Positions 9,900 through 18,916 of a stretch of 64,000 bases of DNA are shown piece by piece. A program made the translations under genes and the position numbers. Under the pieces are notes generated by a model. It saw nothing but the letters and a program-made list of their open reading frames with translations. It had not been told where the DNA came from and ran no database searches. Every line of letters starts with the position of its first letter. Position 1 is the first letter of the stretch. Source of the DNA: a virus (Duplodnaviria > Caudoviricetes); IMG/VR virus record IMGVR_UViG_3300029305_003246, positions 32,001 through 96,000 of that record; one strand, given 5' to 3'.

Positions 9900-10175
9900 A
9901 TGGACGATATCTTAAATTCTATTAAAAGAATGTCATCTATGTTTGGATTTAAGCAAATAGGTGACGAAGTATACTTAAGACCTGCGATGAACGGTCTTGG
10001 TGAAGTTTACTTATCTTTTTTAGATGAATACTTAATATTTGTTACTGATGATAATTCTCTTCATATGTCTTATGAAGATATAATATACAATATTGAACTT
10101 TATAAAGAAAGTCATATGCAAGGATTTAATGAGAGAACTATATTCACTCAAGCATTAGAAATGCTTAAAAAATAA
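9900..10175 (+). CDS. Hypothetical protein
   Basis: ORF track; RBS AAGGGGG. Confidence 0.7.
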   Translation: MDDILNSIKRMSSMFGFKQIGDEVYLRPAMNGLGEVYLSFLDEYLIFVTDDNSLHMSYEDIIYNIELYKESHMQGFNERTIFTQALEMLKK

Positions 10176-10191
10176 TATTAGGAGGTATTCT

Positions 10192-10974
10192 ATGTATACT
10201 ATAAATGATATTAAGGTTGAATTATTGAATCCAGAGGAAGTTAAAAACTTTATAAAGAACCACGGGATATTTGCATGTCAGTGTTATATGACGCCAGAGA
10301 AGTTCGCCGAAAGAGTTGGAATATCTTGTTTAAGAGAAGGACATCGTTCAGGTTCTAGAGGTGATATGTTCAAGTTTAGAATTACTTGCCCTAGATTTTG
10401 TGCAGACCAAATAATGAGACATAGTGTTGGTACAGCTATAAATTGTCAATCTCAAAGATATGTAGATATGGATGATAATTTCTCAATATATGTCCCACCT
10501 TTCGTTGAAAATAATGAAGTTTTAAGTGACTTCTATAAAATATATGAGGATAATTGTAAGTTAGTTTATGATAAAGTAAGAAATTTAATGACTTCTAAAG
10601 GTATCACAGGTGAAACAGCTAATGACTTAATGAGAACTATGTTACCGATAGGAGTTGAGTGCAACTTAACTATGGGATTTACTATTGAAGCCTTAATACA
10701 TTTTATGGAAAAACGTTTATGTGTAAGAGCCGATGCACCTATTCGCAAAGTAGCCCAATTAATGAGGGAAGCAGTCCTAGCAGTTGAGCCTAGATATGAA
10801 GAGTTCTTTATACCACAATGTGAAGCTTTAATGTATTGTCCAGAGAAGCATACTTGTGGTGCTTACCCTTCTAGAGAAGAAGTAGAAAGATTACTTAAAT
10901 TAGGTAAAGATTGTTGCAAAAATAACCCTTTAGACGAGTTCTGTAATGGTGATTGTTCTAAATGTAATAAATAA
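10192..10974 (+). CDS. thyX: FAD-dependent thymidylate synthase
   Basis: QIMRH...SQRY signature, GHRS, F...RL. Confidence 0.92.
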   Translation: MYTINDIKVELLNPEEVKNFIKNHGIFACQCYMTPEKFAERVGISCLREGHRSGSRGDMFKFRITCPRFCADQIMRHSVGTAINCQSQRYVDMDDNFSIYVPPFVENNEVLSDFYKIYEDNCKLVYDKVRNLMTSKGITGETANDLMRTMLPIGVECNLTMGFTIEALIHFMEKRLCVRADAPIRKVAQLMREAVLAVEPRYEEFFIPQCEALMYCPEKHTCGAYPSREEVERLLKLGKDCCKNNPLDEFCNGDCSKCNK

Positions 10975-10979
10975 TAATT

Positions 10980-11007
10980 AAGGTGAGGAAAATTCCTCAC
11001 CTTTTTT
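10980..11007 (+). terminator. Rho-independent terminator
   Basis: aaggtgagga-aaat-tcctcacctt plus T run. Confidence 0.8.
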
Positions 11008-11017
11008 CGTTCAAATA

Positions 11018-11047
11018 GGTATCATTTTCCGTATAAAAGTATATAAT
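11018..11047 (+). promoter_or_regulatory. Phage promoter motif A, (GGTATC/GTAATC/GTAAAC)-N17/18-TA(T/C)AAT (first of about 18 copies)
   Basis: Repeated upstream of small accessory ORFs, usually with TTTCAAGA in the spacer and AGAAGTATA after the -10. Confidence 0.75.
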
Positions 11048-11077
11048 GAAGTAAATAAATATTTAGGAGGTAATCTC

Positions 11078-11905
11078 ATGGAAAATAAAATGAATGTTTA
11101 TTATGCTAAAGGTAATATAATAGAAATAGCAGATTGTGATATATTAGCTATAGATAGTAAGGGAAATGCAAATGTTAGAGAAGTTTGTCCTAAGTGTGGA
11201 GGCACAGGTGTTCTTCCTTGTTATAGACATATCCAAAATGGAATTTGTTTCAAGTGTGAAGGTGCTAGATATTTTGTAAAAAGTAGAAAATTAAGAACTA
11301 TGGAAGAAGCTCTTAAGATGCAAGAAAAATATTTAGCTAAAAAGGAAAAAGAACGTCAAGAGTATTTAGCTAAAAGACGTGAAGAGTTTATAGCTAAATA
11401 TGAAACTTTAACTGATATGTATGTAGTATATAAAAATAGTTATGAAATTAAAGATTATCTAAAAGAATTAGGGTATAAATTTAGTAAGGCATTAAAAGTA
11501 TGGTACGGACCTATTAAGCCAGATAAAGGGACTTTCGTTTTTATACCTAAAGATGAATTTTATGAAATAGAAGAAAATATAAATGAAATTAATATAAATT
11601 ACTCTAATATAAATAGATTTATCGATAATGCAGTATTTGAAAATAGTGAATACTTTGGTAAAATAGACGATAAATATACTAAAGAACTAAAAGTTCTTAA
11701 TGTTAAAATAATAGAAGGCAAGTTCACTACTCACCTTGTTACTCTAACTGATGGCAATTACAAGTTCAGTTGCTTTACAAATGCTTATAAAGTTCTAGAT
11801 AATATCGAAATAGATAATACTTATAACTTTACATTTACTGTAAAAAGTCACGATACTTATAATAGTGAAAAAATAACTTATATAAAAGGTATAAAATTAG
11901 CTTAG
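11078..11905 (+). CDS. Zn-finger protein with probable C-terminal OB-fold
   Basis: CPKCGGTG...CFKCEG; beta-rich C-terminus. Confidence 0.65.
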   Translation: MENKMNVYYAKGNIIEIADCDILAIDSKGNANVREVCPKCGGTGVLPCYRHIQNGICFKCEGARYFVKSRKLRTMEEALKMQEKYLAKKEKERQEYLAKRREEFIAKYETLTDMYVVYKNSYEIKDYLKELGYKFSKALKVWYGPIKPDKGTFVFIPKDEFYEIEENINEININYSNINRFIDNAVFENSEYFGKIDDKYTKELKVLNVKIIEGKFTTHLVTLTDGNYKFSCFTNAYKVLDNIEIDNTYNFTFTVKSHDTYNSEKITYIKGIKLA

Positions 11906-11934
11906 AAGGTTCAAATGAACCTTCTTTTTTCGTT
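11904..11934 (+). terminator. Terminator fused with promoter motif B
   Basis: agaaggttca-aa-tgaaccttct, T run, then cgtt; near-identical copy at 31440. Confidence 0.75.
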
Positions 11935-11967
11935 CTAATTAATACACTAATTAAGGGAGGCTATAAC

Positions 11968-12171
11968 ATGGGAAGATTTGAAATTGACAGAAATAAAGAA
12001 GTTCAAGGTATTCTTAAATTATATGCATTAGATTCTGAGGTTCGTACTTTTATAGATGAATTATACTTCGCCAACTATGTGGAGTATAAAGGGAAATTAA
12101 GATTAGCTATTCGCCATAATATAGATGCTATAAATGAATTTATAGAAAATAAAGATAATAAGGAGGAATAA
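11968..12171 (+). CDS. Hypothetical protein
   Basis: RBS GGAGG. Confidence 0.7.
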   Translation: MGRFEIDRNKEVQGILKLYALDSEVRTFIDELYFANYVEYKGKLRLAIRHNIDAINEFIENKDNKEE

Positions 12172-12173
12172 TT

Positions 12174-12398
12174 ATGCAAATGTATATATACCCAAAATAT
12201 AATATAGGGCAAAAAGTAAAAGCATATCAAAATCCTATAATAAATGGAAAAATAAGTAGTAGAGCTATAGTTGTTTATGGTGTAGTAAAAGAAATTATAA
12301 TTGGCAGAGACTTTATTCTTGACCAACTTTACTATATGTATCGACTTGATTCAGGTGAAGTATTTATTGAAAATAATCTACTAGAAAGACGAGATTAG
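12174..12398 (+). CDS. Small SH3/KOW-like hypothetical protein
   Basis: KYNIGQKV...GVVKEI; RBS. Confidence 0.6.
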   Translation: MQMYIYPKYNIGQKVKAYQNPIINGKISSRAIVVYGVVKEIIIGRDFILDQLYYMYRLDSGEVFIENNLLERRD

Positions 12399-12449
12399 TT
12401 CATAAGTATTCTTTTAATCGTTTAACAAGTAAAGAAAGGAGGTTTAAAA

Positions 12450-12539
12450 GTGGTTATGAAAATTATATTTAGTTTATTTGCATTTTTATTCTTCCTTGTC
12501 TTTATTGATGATTATATAAAAATTAATTTCAGGAGGTAA
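12450..12539 (+). CDS. 29-aa hydrophobic peptide
   Basis: RBS AAGGAGG; MVMKIIFSLFAFLFFLVFIDDYIKINFRR; not in ORF track. Confidence 0.55.
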   Translation: MVMKIIFSLFAFLFFLVFIDDYIKINFRR

Positions 12540-12543
12540 CCTT

Positions 12544-13170
12544 ATGATATACAAACCCGAGCTTACAGCTATTCATTCTGAAAGTCCAAGTGAATCTGCT
12601 AGAATATTAAGCGAGTTAGCTAATGAGTGTGATAAAGTATTAGATTATGGATGTGGATTTGGTAGAAATATTCAATATATGTTAGAAAATGGATTTACTT
12701 ACGTTGACGGAACTGATACTTTAGTCCAATTAGATAAGTTACAAACTGAAATCTTTAGTAATGACCTTTACAAATGGGAATTATTTAAGATGCATAGTGT
12801 TGAGCTTGAGTTAAGTACCTATTTAACGAGTGAATCTTATGATTATGTATTAAGTTCCTTCGTATTAAATGTAGTTACTGACGAGTGGAAAAGTTACATT
12901 TTAGATGATATGAATAGACTTCTTAAACCTAATGGGACATTAATATTAGAAGTTAGAGCTAATGTGAAAGCCAAGTCAAAAGTTCAATTCCATGATGGTT
13001 TCCTTATAAGAAAAGGGAAGTCTAAAACTTTCCAAGAAGTTATCTCTAAAGAAAAGATGGCCACTCTAGTTAGGGAGGCAGGATTCGATATAGAAAAGCA
13101 TATATTTACTTCTAGCAAGCATATAGTTATAGCTAAAAAGATTTTCGATTCTCCGATAGATTGGTTCTAA
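12544..13170 (+). CDS. Class I SAM-dependent methyltransferase (resembles the Dnd-associated putative DNA methyltransferase domain)
   Basis: TAI..S, VLDYGCGFG, FVLNVV, LLKPNG, TFQ. Confidence 0.8.
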   Translation: MIYKPELTAIHSESPSESARILSELANECDKVLDYGCGFGRNIQYMLENGFTYVDGTDTLVQLDKLQTEIFSNDLYKWELFKMHSVELELSTYLTSESYDYVLSSFVLNVVTDEWKSYILDDMNRLLKPNGTLILEVRANVKAKSKVQFHDGFLIRKGKSKTFQEVISKEKMATLVREAGFDIEKHIFTSSKHIVIAKKIFDSPIDWF

Positions 13171-13230
13171 AATATGAATTAAATCGTACAATGAAGTATA
13201 AGTAAATATAAAATTTTAGGAGGTAACCTT

Positions 13231-13539
13231 ATGAAAGATATAAAATGTCCTTGTTGTAATAAGAATATAATTACTGAAAAGAAAATAAAAGATGCAGATA
13301 GATGGGATAATTATGGTGGGATATCTTGGTTACTTGTGGGAGGACCTATTGGATATGGTCTTGGGGCATTATGTTTAGGTACTAAAGCCTTTAAAAAGCA
13401 TATTCAAGATGAAGTAGATGTTAAATGTCCTCATTGTAAAAAGAAAATTACTCTAACTAAAGCACAATGGAAGGAAATTAAGGCTCTAATAAAAGAAGTT
13501 CAAACTAATGAAAGACATAAAAAGCAAAATCGTTTATAA
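13231..13539 (+). CDS. Zn-ribbon membrane protein
   Basis: CPCC and CPHC flanking a Gly-rich hydrophobic segment. Confidence 0.65.
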   Translation: MKDIKCPCCNKNIITEKKIKDADRWDNYGGISWLLVGGPIGYGLGALCLGTKAFKKHIQDEVDVKCPHCKKKITLTKAQWKEIKALIKEVQTNERHKKQNRL

Positions 13540-13611
13540 AAGTTAGTTCACGAGTACTGAAGTACTCGTTATATAATATAAATAAAATTAAATTTTAGGA
13601 GGTATTGCCCT

Positions 13612-13824
13612 ATGAAAAATATAAAATTAAATGATGTTGTTAAAGTTCAAGTAAATGGAAGATTTGTTCAAGGTTATGTTATACAGTTAAATGAAGGCAA
13701 GGCATTAGTTCAAGTTCCAGTGTTCTATGGTGATACAAAATTTATCGAAGTTGAGTCTAAAGTTGAAGATTTAATGCCAGTCTTTAAAGATTTTAATGAC
13801 TGGAAAAAATTTAATGGTAAGTAA
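13612..13824 (+). CDS. Small KOW/SH3-like protein
   Basis: LNDVVKV...GYVIQL..GKALVQV; RBS. Confidence 0.6.
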   Translation: MKNIKLNDVVKVQVNGRFVQGYVIQLNEGKALVQVPVFYGDTKFIEVESKVEDLMPVFKDFNDWKKFNGK

Positions 13825-13841
13825 AATTAGGGAGTACGAAA

Positions 13842-14135
13842 ATGGATATAAAAACTATAAAAATAGATGAGTATAATAGAAGTAACCAACTAAATATATT
13901 AAATATAGTTGGAATGTATATGGTAGAAAATATGTATACAGTAACTTATTTTAAAACTAATGAAGGCCTATATAAATTACAAATAATTAATGATGAAAGT
14001 GTTGAACTTTTAATTGAATATTCGGAACAAGACCGAATATTCAATATTTATGATATAAACTTTAAAGATAAAGAATTATTAGTCGATATAGAAGATATAA
14101 TAGATAGAGAATTCGATTTGGATAGTTGGGATTAA
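13842..14135 (+). CDS. Acidic hypothetical protein
   Basis: ORF track; RBS. Confidence 0.65.
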   Translation: MDIKTIKIDEYNRSNQLNILNIVGMYMVENMYTVTYFKTNEGLYKLQIINDESVELLIEYSEQDRIFNIYDINFKDKELLVDIEDIIDREFDLDSWD

Positions 14136-14235
14136 CTTCTCAACTATCTTTATGTATAATAAGCGAAGACGAAGGTGAACTTAATAGTTCACCTTTTTAA
14201 TGCCTTTCGTTCATATAAGCATAAGGAGTGATAAT

Positions 14236-14388
14236 ATGAAAAAGAAGTTAATCTTAATAACTATACTATGGCATATAATTCTCTTCATATTCTGTTACTA
14301 CACTGGAAAGTTATTCCTATTCTTTATTAAATTAGCTTTTAAGATGATACAATTAGCCATATTAAGTAGATTTATCGAAGTTATATAG
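14236..14388 (+). CDS. Small membrane protein
   Basis: RBS AAGGAG; hydrophobic 50 aa. Confidence 0.6.
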   Translation: MKKKLILITILWHIILFIFCYYTGKLFLFFIKLAFKMIQLAILSRFIEVI

Positions 14389-14400
14389 GGGGGAAGTTAT

Positions 14401-14520
14401 ATGAAGACTATACTATTTATACTTGAGGCAATATTATCGATGTTAATAGCAGGTATTATTTCTTTTATAGTTGCTCTTGTACTTTATGCGATATTATATA
14501 ATGGAGGTTTATTCCTATGA
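14401..14520 (+). CDS. Small membrane protein (39 aa)
   Basis: G-rich RBS; MKTILFILEAILSMLIAGIISFIVALVLYAILYNGGLFL; not in ORF track. Confidence 0.55.
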   Translation: MKTILFILEAILSMLIAGIISFIVALVLYAILYNGGLFL

Positions 14521-14672
14521 TGCAATTATATTTCCTAATGATTCTCAAATTCATATTCGATGTGTTCATAACTTTCCTTTTATTCGTTCTAAATACAATA
14601 CTTACAGTTACAATATGCATCGGATTTGTTGGATTCTTCTATCAAGTATACAAACTATTTAAGAGGGAGTGA
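14517..14672 (+). CDS. Small membrane protein (51 aa)
   Basis: RBS GGAGG; ATGA overlap; hydrophobic; not in ORF track. Confidence 0.55.
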   Translation: MMQLYFLMILKFIFDVFITFLLFVLNTILTVTICIGFVGFFYQVYKLFKRE

Positions 14673-14676
14673 TATT

Positions 14677-14847
14677 ATGATAAGAGCTATTAAAGATGCA
14701 ATTAAGTTCGTATCTAAGATAATTCTTAATATATTTATGTTCATTCTAGCATTATTCAGTCTGATAGGTTCTTTAGCACTTGGAATAATCATCCCAGTCC
14801 TTGTTGTGATAATACTTGGATGCATTGTATTTGAATTACTATTCTAA
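14677..14847 (+). CDS. Small membrane protein
   Basis: RBS GGGAG; long hydrophobic stretch. Confidence 0.6.
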   Translation: MIRAIKDAIKFVSKIILNIFMFILALFSLIGSLALGIIIPVLVVIILGCIVFELLF

Positions 14848-14957
14848 ACTCAAATCGATTCTAGAACTTCCCAAGATAATTTTCAAACTCAAGCAAATCA
14901 CGAGGATATGACGTTCACCTATTAAAAATTCCAAATAAAAATAAGGAGGCAAACCCT

Positions 14958-15749
14958 ATGAGGATAATTAAGAAAAAAGGTCAATTATCTATCCAAAAGG
15001 AGTTGCACGAAGAGTGCAATTCTCCTTCATCTAGTAGTAACAGTATAAACAGTCATAATAACAATCATAGTAAGAACAGTAATAAGAGTGATAGTGTCAA
15101 TTCTAGTAAGAAAGCCAATACTACTAAGAACTTTGATAAGATATTCGGTAAGGTAAGAGGGAATGAGGAGTTTGAAATGCTTATGAGAGACCAGGGGGAT
15201 GCGATTTTGAGGACGAAAGGAGCCTTGATGTATAGGAATAAAGGGAAGATGTCCGATAATGATTTAGAGTCTGCTATTAATATGGGTCTATTTGTTGCAT
15301 TCCAAAAGTTCGACCCTTCACGAGGATATTCATTTGCGACGTTCTTCGGTAAGGTAGCTATCAATGAGATTAAGCAGAACTACAGGGACTTTAAGAGATT
15401 TAATGGGTCTTATACCACTCATTCAGGAAATACGAGGGTGAATGTGAGTTATGATGTCGATAGTGAGGATATCATAAGTGCAATAAATCTTCTAACTTCT
15501 AGAGTTGACGATACTGATGCTATATGTGAAGCCAAGGATGTCTTATCTTTAGTAGACGAGCTTTTAAAAGAATTAAATGACGATAGGTTCACTCAAATTA
15601 TACCTTACGTTCAATTAGAGTATAAGACGAAGGATATAGCCGAGGAGCTTGGGGTAAGACCACCTCAAGTATCTAAAGCTAAGAAAAGATTTGCAACTTT
15701 ATTCTTTGATAAATACCCAGAGTTAAAAGAATATATTGAAAGCTTATAA
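14958..15749 (+). CDS. RNA polymerase sigma-70 family factor with Ser/Asn-rich N-terminus
   Basis: GLFVAFQKFDPSRGYSFATF (region 2); YKTKDIAEELGVRPPQVSKAKKR (region 4 HTH). Confidence 0.85.
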   Translation: MRIIKKKGQLSIQKELHEECNSPSSSSNSINSHNNNHSKNSNKSDSVNSSKKANTTKNFDKIFGKVRGNEEFEMLMRDQGDAILRTKGALMYRNKGKMSDNDLESAINMGLFVAFQKFDPSRGYSFATFFGKVAINEIKQNYRDFKRFNGSYTTHSGNTRVNVSYDVDSEDIISAINLLTSRVDDTDAICEAKDVLSLVDELLKELNDDRFTQIIPYVQLEYKTKDIAEELGVRPPQVSKAKKRFATLFFDKYPELKEYIESL

Positions 15750-15829
15750 GTGTTTAAATGAGGTAAAGCTAAAGGTGAGAAGGCCAAGCAAATAAATGAG
15801 AATATAATTATAATTCGGAGGGAAGTCCT

Positions 15830-16156
15830 ATGAATGATATAAAAAAGGGTGATATACTATTTGTAAACTTTGGTGAGCAAGAAGGTAGTGTCCAAAAGGG
15901 AAAAAGATATGCTATAGTAGTGAGCAATAATGTAGGTAATAAATACAGCACGACTATAATGGTAGTACCAACCACGACTAAGAAGAAAGCTAATCTCCCT
16001 ACACATTTTAATACTACTATTGAAAGGGATAGCACTATACTATGTGAGAATATAATGACTATATCTAAAGACCAAGTCATTAGGAAGTATAATACTTTAA
16101 GCAATGACGATATTAAGAAGCTTAATCATTGCTTAAAGGTAGCGATGACTTTATAA
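15830..16156 (+). CDS. PemK/MazF family endoribonuclease, no adjacent antitoxin
   Basis: KGDILFVNFG..GSVQKGKRYAIVVSNNVGNKYSTTIMVVPTT, S.ILCE.I.TISK. Confidence 0.88.
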   Translation: MNDIKKGDILFVNFGEQEGSVQKGKRYAIVVSNNVGNKYSTTIMVVPTTTKKKANLPTHFNTTIERDSTILCENIMTISKDQVIRKYNTLSNDDIKKLNHCLKVAMTL

Positions 16157-16276
16157 AATAAAGTCATCCCCAAGTACATAGCCCTATGAGTCTAATAACA
16201 TAAATACATAGGGCATATAATATAATAAAGTTATTCAAGAGATAGCTTAACAAATTAAAGTTGGAGGTAATTAAAT

Positions 16277-16663
16277 ATGATATATACTAATAATCTACAT
16301 GAACAAATATGCGACCATAATTCGGAGTTCCGTAACTTGGCCAATACGATATCTTGGTTGACTGATGGTTGTCCTTATATGGTGGCCGAGTTCGACCTAT
16401 TACAAGCTTTTATTTCTAAAGACTATAATCGTATAAGGGAAGAAATAACTCCCTTCTTTTTTAGCGATGATAAGTTTATGGATGAAATAACAGATATGTT
16501 TAATAAGGTACTAGAGGCAGAGATGGAAATAGTCTATGAAAACATTATGCAGGACTTAGTTGTCGAGCTTTCGGAAGATGGTACTAAGGTAGAAGTCAAG
16601 AAGTGGACTGACGAATATATGGAAGACGAAGCCGAGGCAGAGTTTGAGGAGGGTGATGAATAA
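16277..16663 (+). CDS. Acidic hypothetical protein
   Basis: RBS GGAGG. Confidence 0.7.
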   Translation: MIYTNNLHEQICDHNSEFRNLANTISWLTDGCPYMVAEFDLLQAFISKDYNRIREEITPFFFSDDKFMDEITDMFNKVLEAEMEIVYENIMQDLVVELSEDGTKVEVKKWTDEYMEDEAEAEFEEGDE

Positions 16664-16731
16664 TGTGGTTCATAATATTATGTATTCTTATTATGTTTGG
16701 TTTATTTATCCTAACTGATAAAATGGATTAA
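16663..16731 (+). CDS. 22-aa hydrophobic peptide
   Basis: TAATG overlap; MWFIILCILIMFGLFILTDKMD. Confidence 0.45.
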   Translation: MWFIILCILIMFGLFILTDKMD

Positions 16732-16809
16732 TAAATTATCAAGAATAGGTTCACGAATATGAACCTATTCGTTCTATAAGATACAAATAAATATGAGGAG
16801 GCATATGTT

Positions 16810-16920
16810 ATGAGAGGAGAGTTCATGATTAGTGCATTAGTATTCTTGGTAGGTTGTTTTACAGGGGCAAAAGTTCAAGCTTATGTAAGAGCAGGCAAAG
16901 ATAAAAAGGAGGGAAAATAA
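16810..16920 (+). CDS. Small single-pass membrane peptide
   Basis: RBS GAGGAGG after promoter motif B. Confidence 0.55.
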   Translation: MRGEFMISALVFLVGCFTGAKVQAYVRAGKDKKEGK

Positions 16921-16921
16921 T

Positions 16922-17077
16922 ATGGAATATTTTGAATTAGTTATGATTTCACTTATACTTGCAGGATGTGGTGGCCTACTTGGTTACTTATTCGCCGACC
17001 TAAAGTATCAAATAGACTTACTTGAAGCTAGTAGAGAAGATGCTAAAGTATATTATGATGAGGAGGAAGAAGAATAA
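16922..17077 (+). CDS. Small single-pass membrane peptide with acidic tail
   Basis: RBS AGGAGG; TM then EEEEE. Confidence 0.55.
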   Translation: MEYFELVMISLILAGCGGLLGYLFADLKYQIDLLEASREDAKVYYDEEEEE

Positions 17078-17193
17078 TGACTTGGCAGACAGCTTTAATG
17101 TTGACAATTGTAATTACTTTAGCGACTACAAGTTCTGTCCTAATATATACCGATATAAAATCGAAGGAGTTTGATGAAGATGAGGATGAATAA
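17077..17193 (+). CDS. Small single-pass membrane peptide with acidic tail
   Basis: TAATG overlap; RBS GAGGAGG. Confidence 0.55.
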   Translation: MTWQTALMLTIVITLATTSSVLIYTDIKSKEFDEDEDE

Positions 17194-17254
17194 TTCTCAT
17201 CTTTTTTCACGAAAGCAGTAATCATTTCAAGAAAATATAATACAATATAAGTAT

Positions 17255-17360
17255 AGAAGGAAAACTAGTAAAAACCAGTGAGGAAGAGTCACGTAAATCG
17301 TTAGTGGGAAAGTAACCACTCTAAAAAGTTCCCCACGCAAGTGGGCTATACATAGCAGTA
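17255..17360 (+). ncRNA. Structured leader or small RNA candidate
   Basis: Follows promoter A (17218-17246); stems gtga/tcac, agtgg/ccact, cccac-GCAA-gtggg. Confidence 0.35.
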
Positions 17361-17387
17361 CAAATTAAATATTAGGAGGTAGACTCT

Positions 17388-17621
17388 ATGTTAAATAAAA
17401 TAAAAAATTTAGTACCTAGTAAATATGTGAAATTTGAAGAGGCATACGATAAATACGGATACGAAGATATGGTTATAGTTAATCTAGTAAAAGAAGATAG
17501 TTATTTCCTTCTAGCTTATGACGATGAAGATTATTTCCACCTTATAGATGAGGTACATTGTATGGCATGGTATACTAAGGACATAAAAGAAGTTGCACAA
17601 TGGATTGAAAATTATTTATAA
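17388..17621 (+). CDS. Acidic hypothetical protein
   Basis: RBS AGGAGG. Confidence 0.7.
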   Translation: MLNKIKNLVPSKYVKFEEAYDKYGYEDMVIVNLVKEDSYFLLAYDDEDYFHLIDEVHCMAWYTKDIKEVAQWIENYL

Positions 17622-17692
17622 GTGTAACCTTTTCAAGAAAATATAATACAATAGAAGTATAATAATAAATATAATTTTAGGAGGTAATCTCT

Positions 17693-17890
17693 ATGAAAAA
17701 GCTAAGTCCAGAATTATACCTATATAAAGGAGTTGAAGTTCATAAGCTATCTAGTGGAAATTATGAAGCTTTAGTTTATGTTAATGACTATAGACTTCCA
17801 CTTAAAGTTATAGGAGCTACTCAAGCGAGCTTTAAGAAGATATTTAATAAGGTAGTAAAAGACAATGGTGGATTAAAGGAGGCGAAATAA
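17693..17890 (+). CDS. Hypothetical protein
   Basis: Promoter A plus RBS. Confidence 0.7.
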   Translation: MKKLSPELYLYKGVEVHKLSSGNYEALVYVNDYRLPLKVIGATQASFKKIFNKVVKDNGGLKEAK

Positions 17891-17961
17891 TATGATTTAT
17901 TTCATTCTTCTAGCTATTCTGATAATCGATATTAAGTTTATGATATTAAATAACCTTAACT

Positions 17962-17986
17962 AAGATGGACGCAAGTCCATCTTTTT
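17962..17986 (+). terminator. Rho-independent terminator
   Basis: aagatggac-gcaa-gtccatctt plus T run. Confidence 0.8.
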
Positions 17987-18080
17987 AATTGAAAATTTTT
18001 CGAAAAATAGGTATCTTTTCAAGAAAGCAACGTATAATAGAAGTATAATAAGTTATAATAAAATTTTAGGAGGTAGCCCT

Positions 18081-18482
18081 ATGAAAATAAAATTCCATTT
18101 AGATTCTACTGAAAGAAAATATGTATGTGAGTTCTTATTAAATGTTAATAGAGATAAGATAAAAGCTATTATCGAAAATTATAGACAATACAAATATGAT
18201 GGCAATACTACTTTTAATAATCTTGATATAGATGAAGTATTTGCAGGAGTTGTTGATATGGCAACTCATATGATAAGCGAAAAAGAAATAGTCAAGGCTC
18301 CAGTTGATACTACTTTAGCTTTTTATTATTGGTTAGGTGCACAATGTATAGATGATACGTTCTACATTTTAGGATGCGAACGTGATAATAAAGCAGTAGC
18401 CATCGATAGAGCTATGGGTAATCTATATGGCGACCTAGACCAAGCTTTAGAAGCATATAGCTTTGGTTATACTAACTATTAG
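18081..18482 (+). CDS. Hypothetical protein (paralog of 18917..19276)
   Basis: Shared WLG.Q...T(F/Y)Y...IDRA motif. Confidence 0.75.
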   Translation: MKIKFHLDSTERKYVCEFLLNVNRDKIKAIIENYRQYKYDGNTTFNNLDIDEVFAGVVDMATHMISEKEIVKAPVDTTLAFYYWLGAQCIDDTFYILGCERDNKAVAIDRAMGNLYGDLDQALEAYSFGYTNY

Positions 18483-18541
18483 AGCGAGTTCAATACTCGC
18501 TCTTTTTTCGTTTATATGATTAAGCTAAAGGAGGCGATGTA

Positions 18542-18739
18542 ATGAAATTTAATCTTGGGGATGTTGTTAAGATAGCACGTGAAGAATTATTTATGTCAGG
18601 ATGTTATGGTACAATCATAGGTACTATAGAGGAAACAAGAGAATATATCGTTGGGTTCTATATGGTAGACGATGATGGAGTCGTAACTTTATATGATGAA
18701 TTCTTCTACTATGAAAACGAATTGGAGTTGAAAAAATGA
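18542..18739 (+). CDS. Small SH3-like protein
   Basis: FNLGDVVKI...GCYGTII. Confidence 0.6.
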   Translation: MKFNLGDVVKIAREELFMSGCYGTIIGTIEETREYIVGFYMVDDDGVVTLYDEFFYYENELELKK

Positions 18740-18915
18740 ATATAGATTTAAACTATAGGGAGATACAAATGATACTCGAGGCACTTGATGCACACTTATG
18801 CGACTTATATGCTAGTCAAGATATCTATTCTGATAATGAAAAGGTTTTATTTCTACTTAACGAATCTATCGATGGGATAAATCGATTAAGAGCCAAATTA
18901 CAAGGGAGGGAATAA
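18736..18915 (+). CDS. Hypothetical protein (59 aa)
   Basis: ATGA overlap with RBS GGAG; fills the gap; not in ORF track. Confidence 0.55.
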   Translation: MNIDLNYREIQMILEALDAHLCDLYASQDIYSDNEKVLFLLNESIDGINRLRAKLQGRE

Positions 18916-18916
18916 T

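Noticed and set aside
14471-14662. Track ORF starting at TTG
   Set aside because: No RBS, and it overlaps two better-supported hydrophobic ORFs (14401..14520 and 14517..14672).
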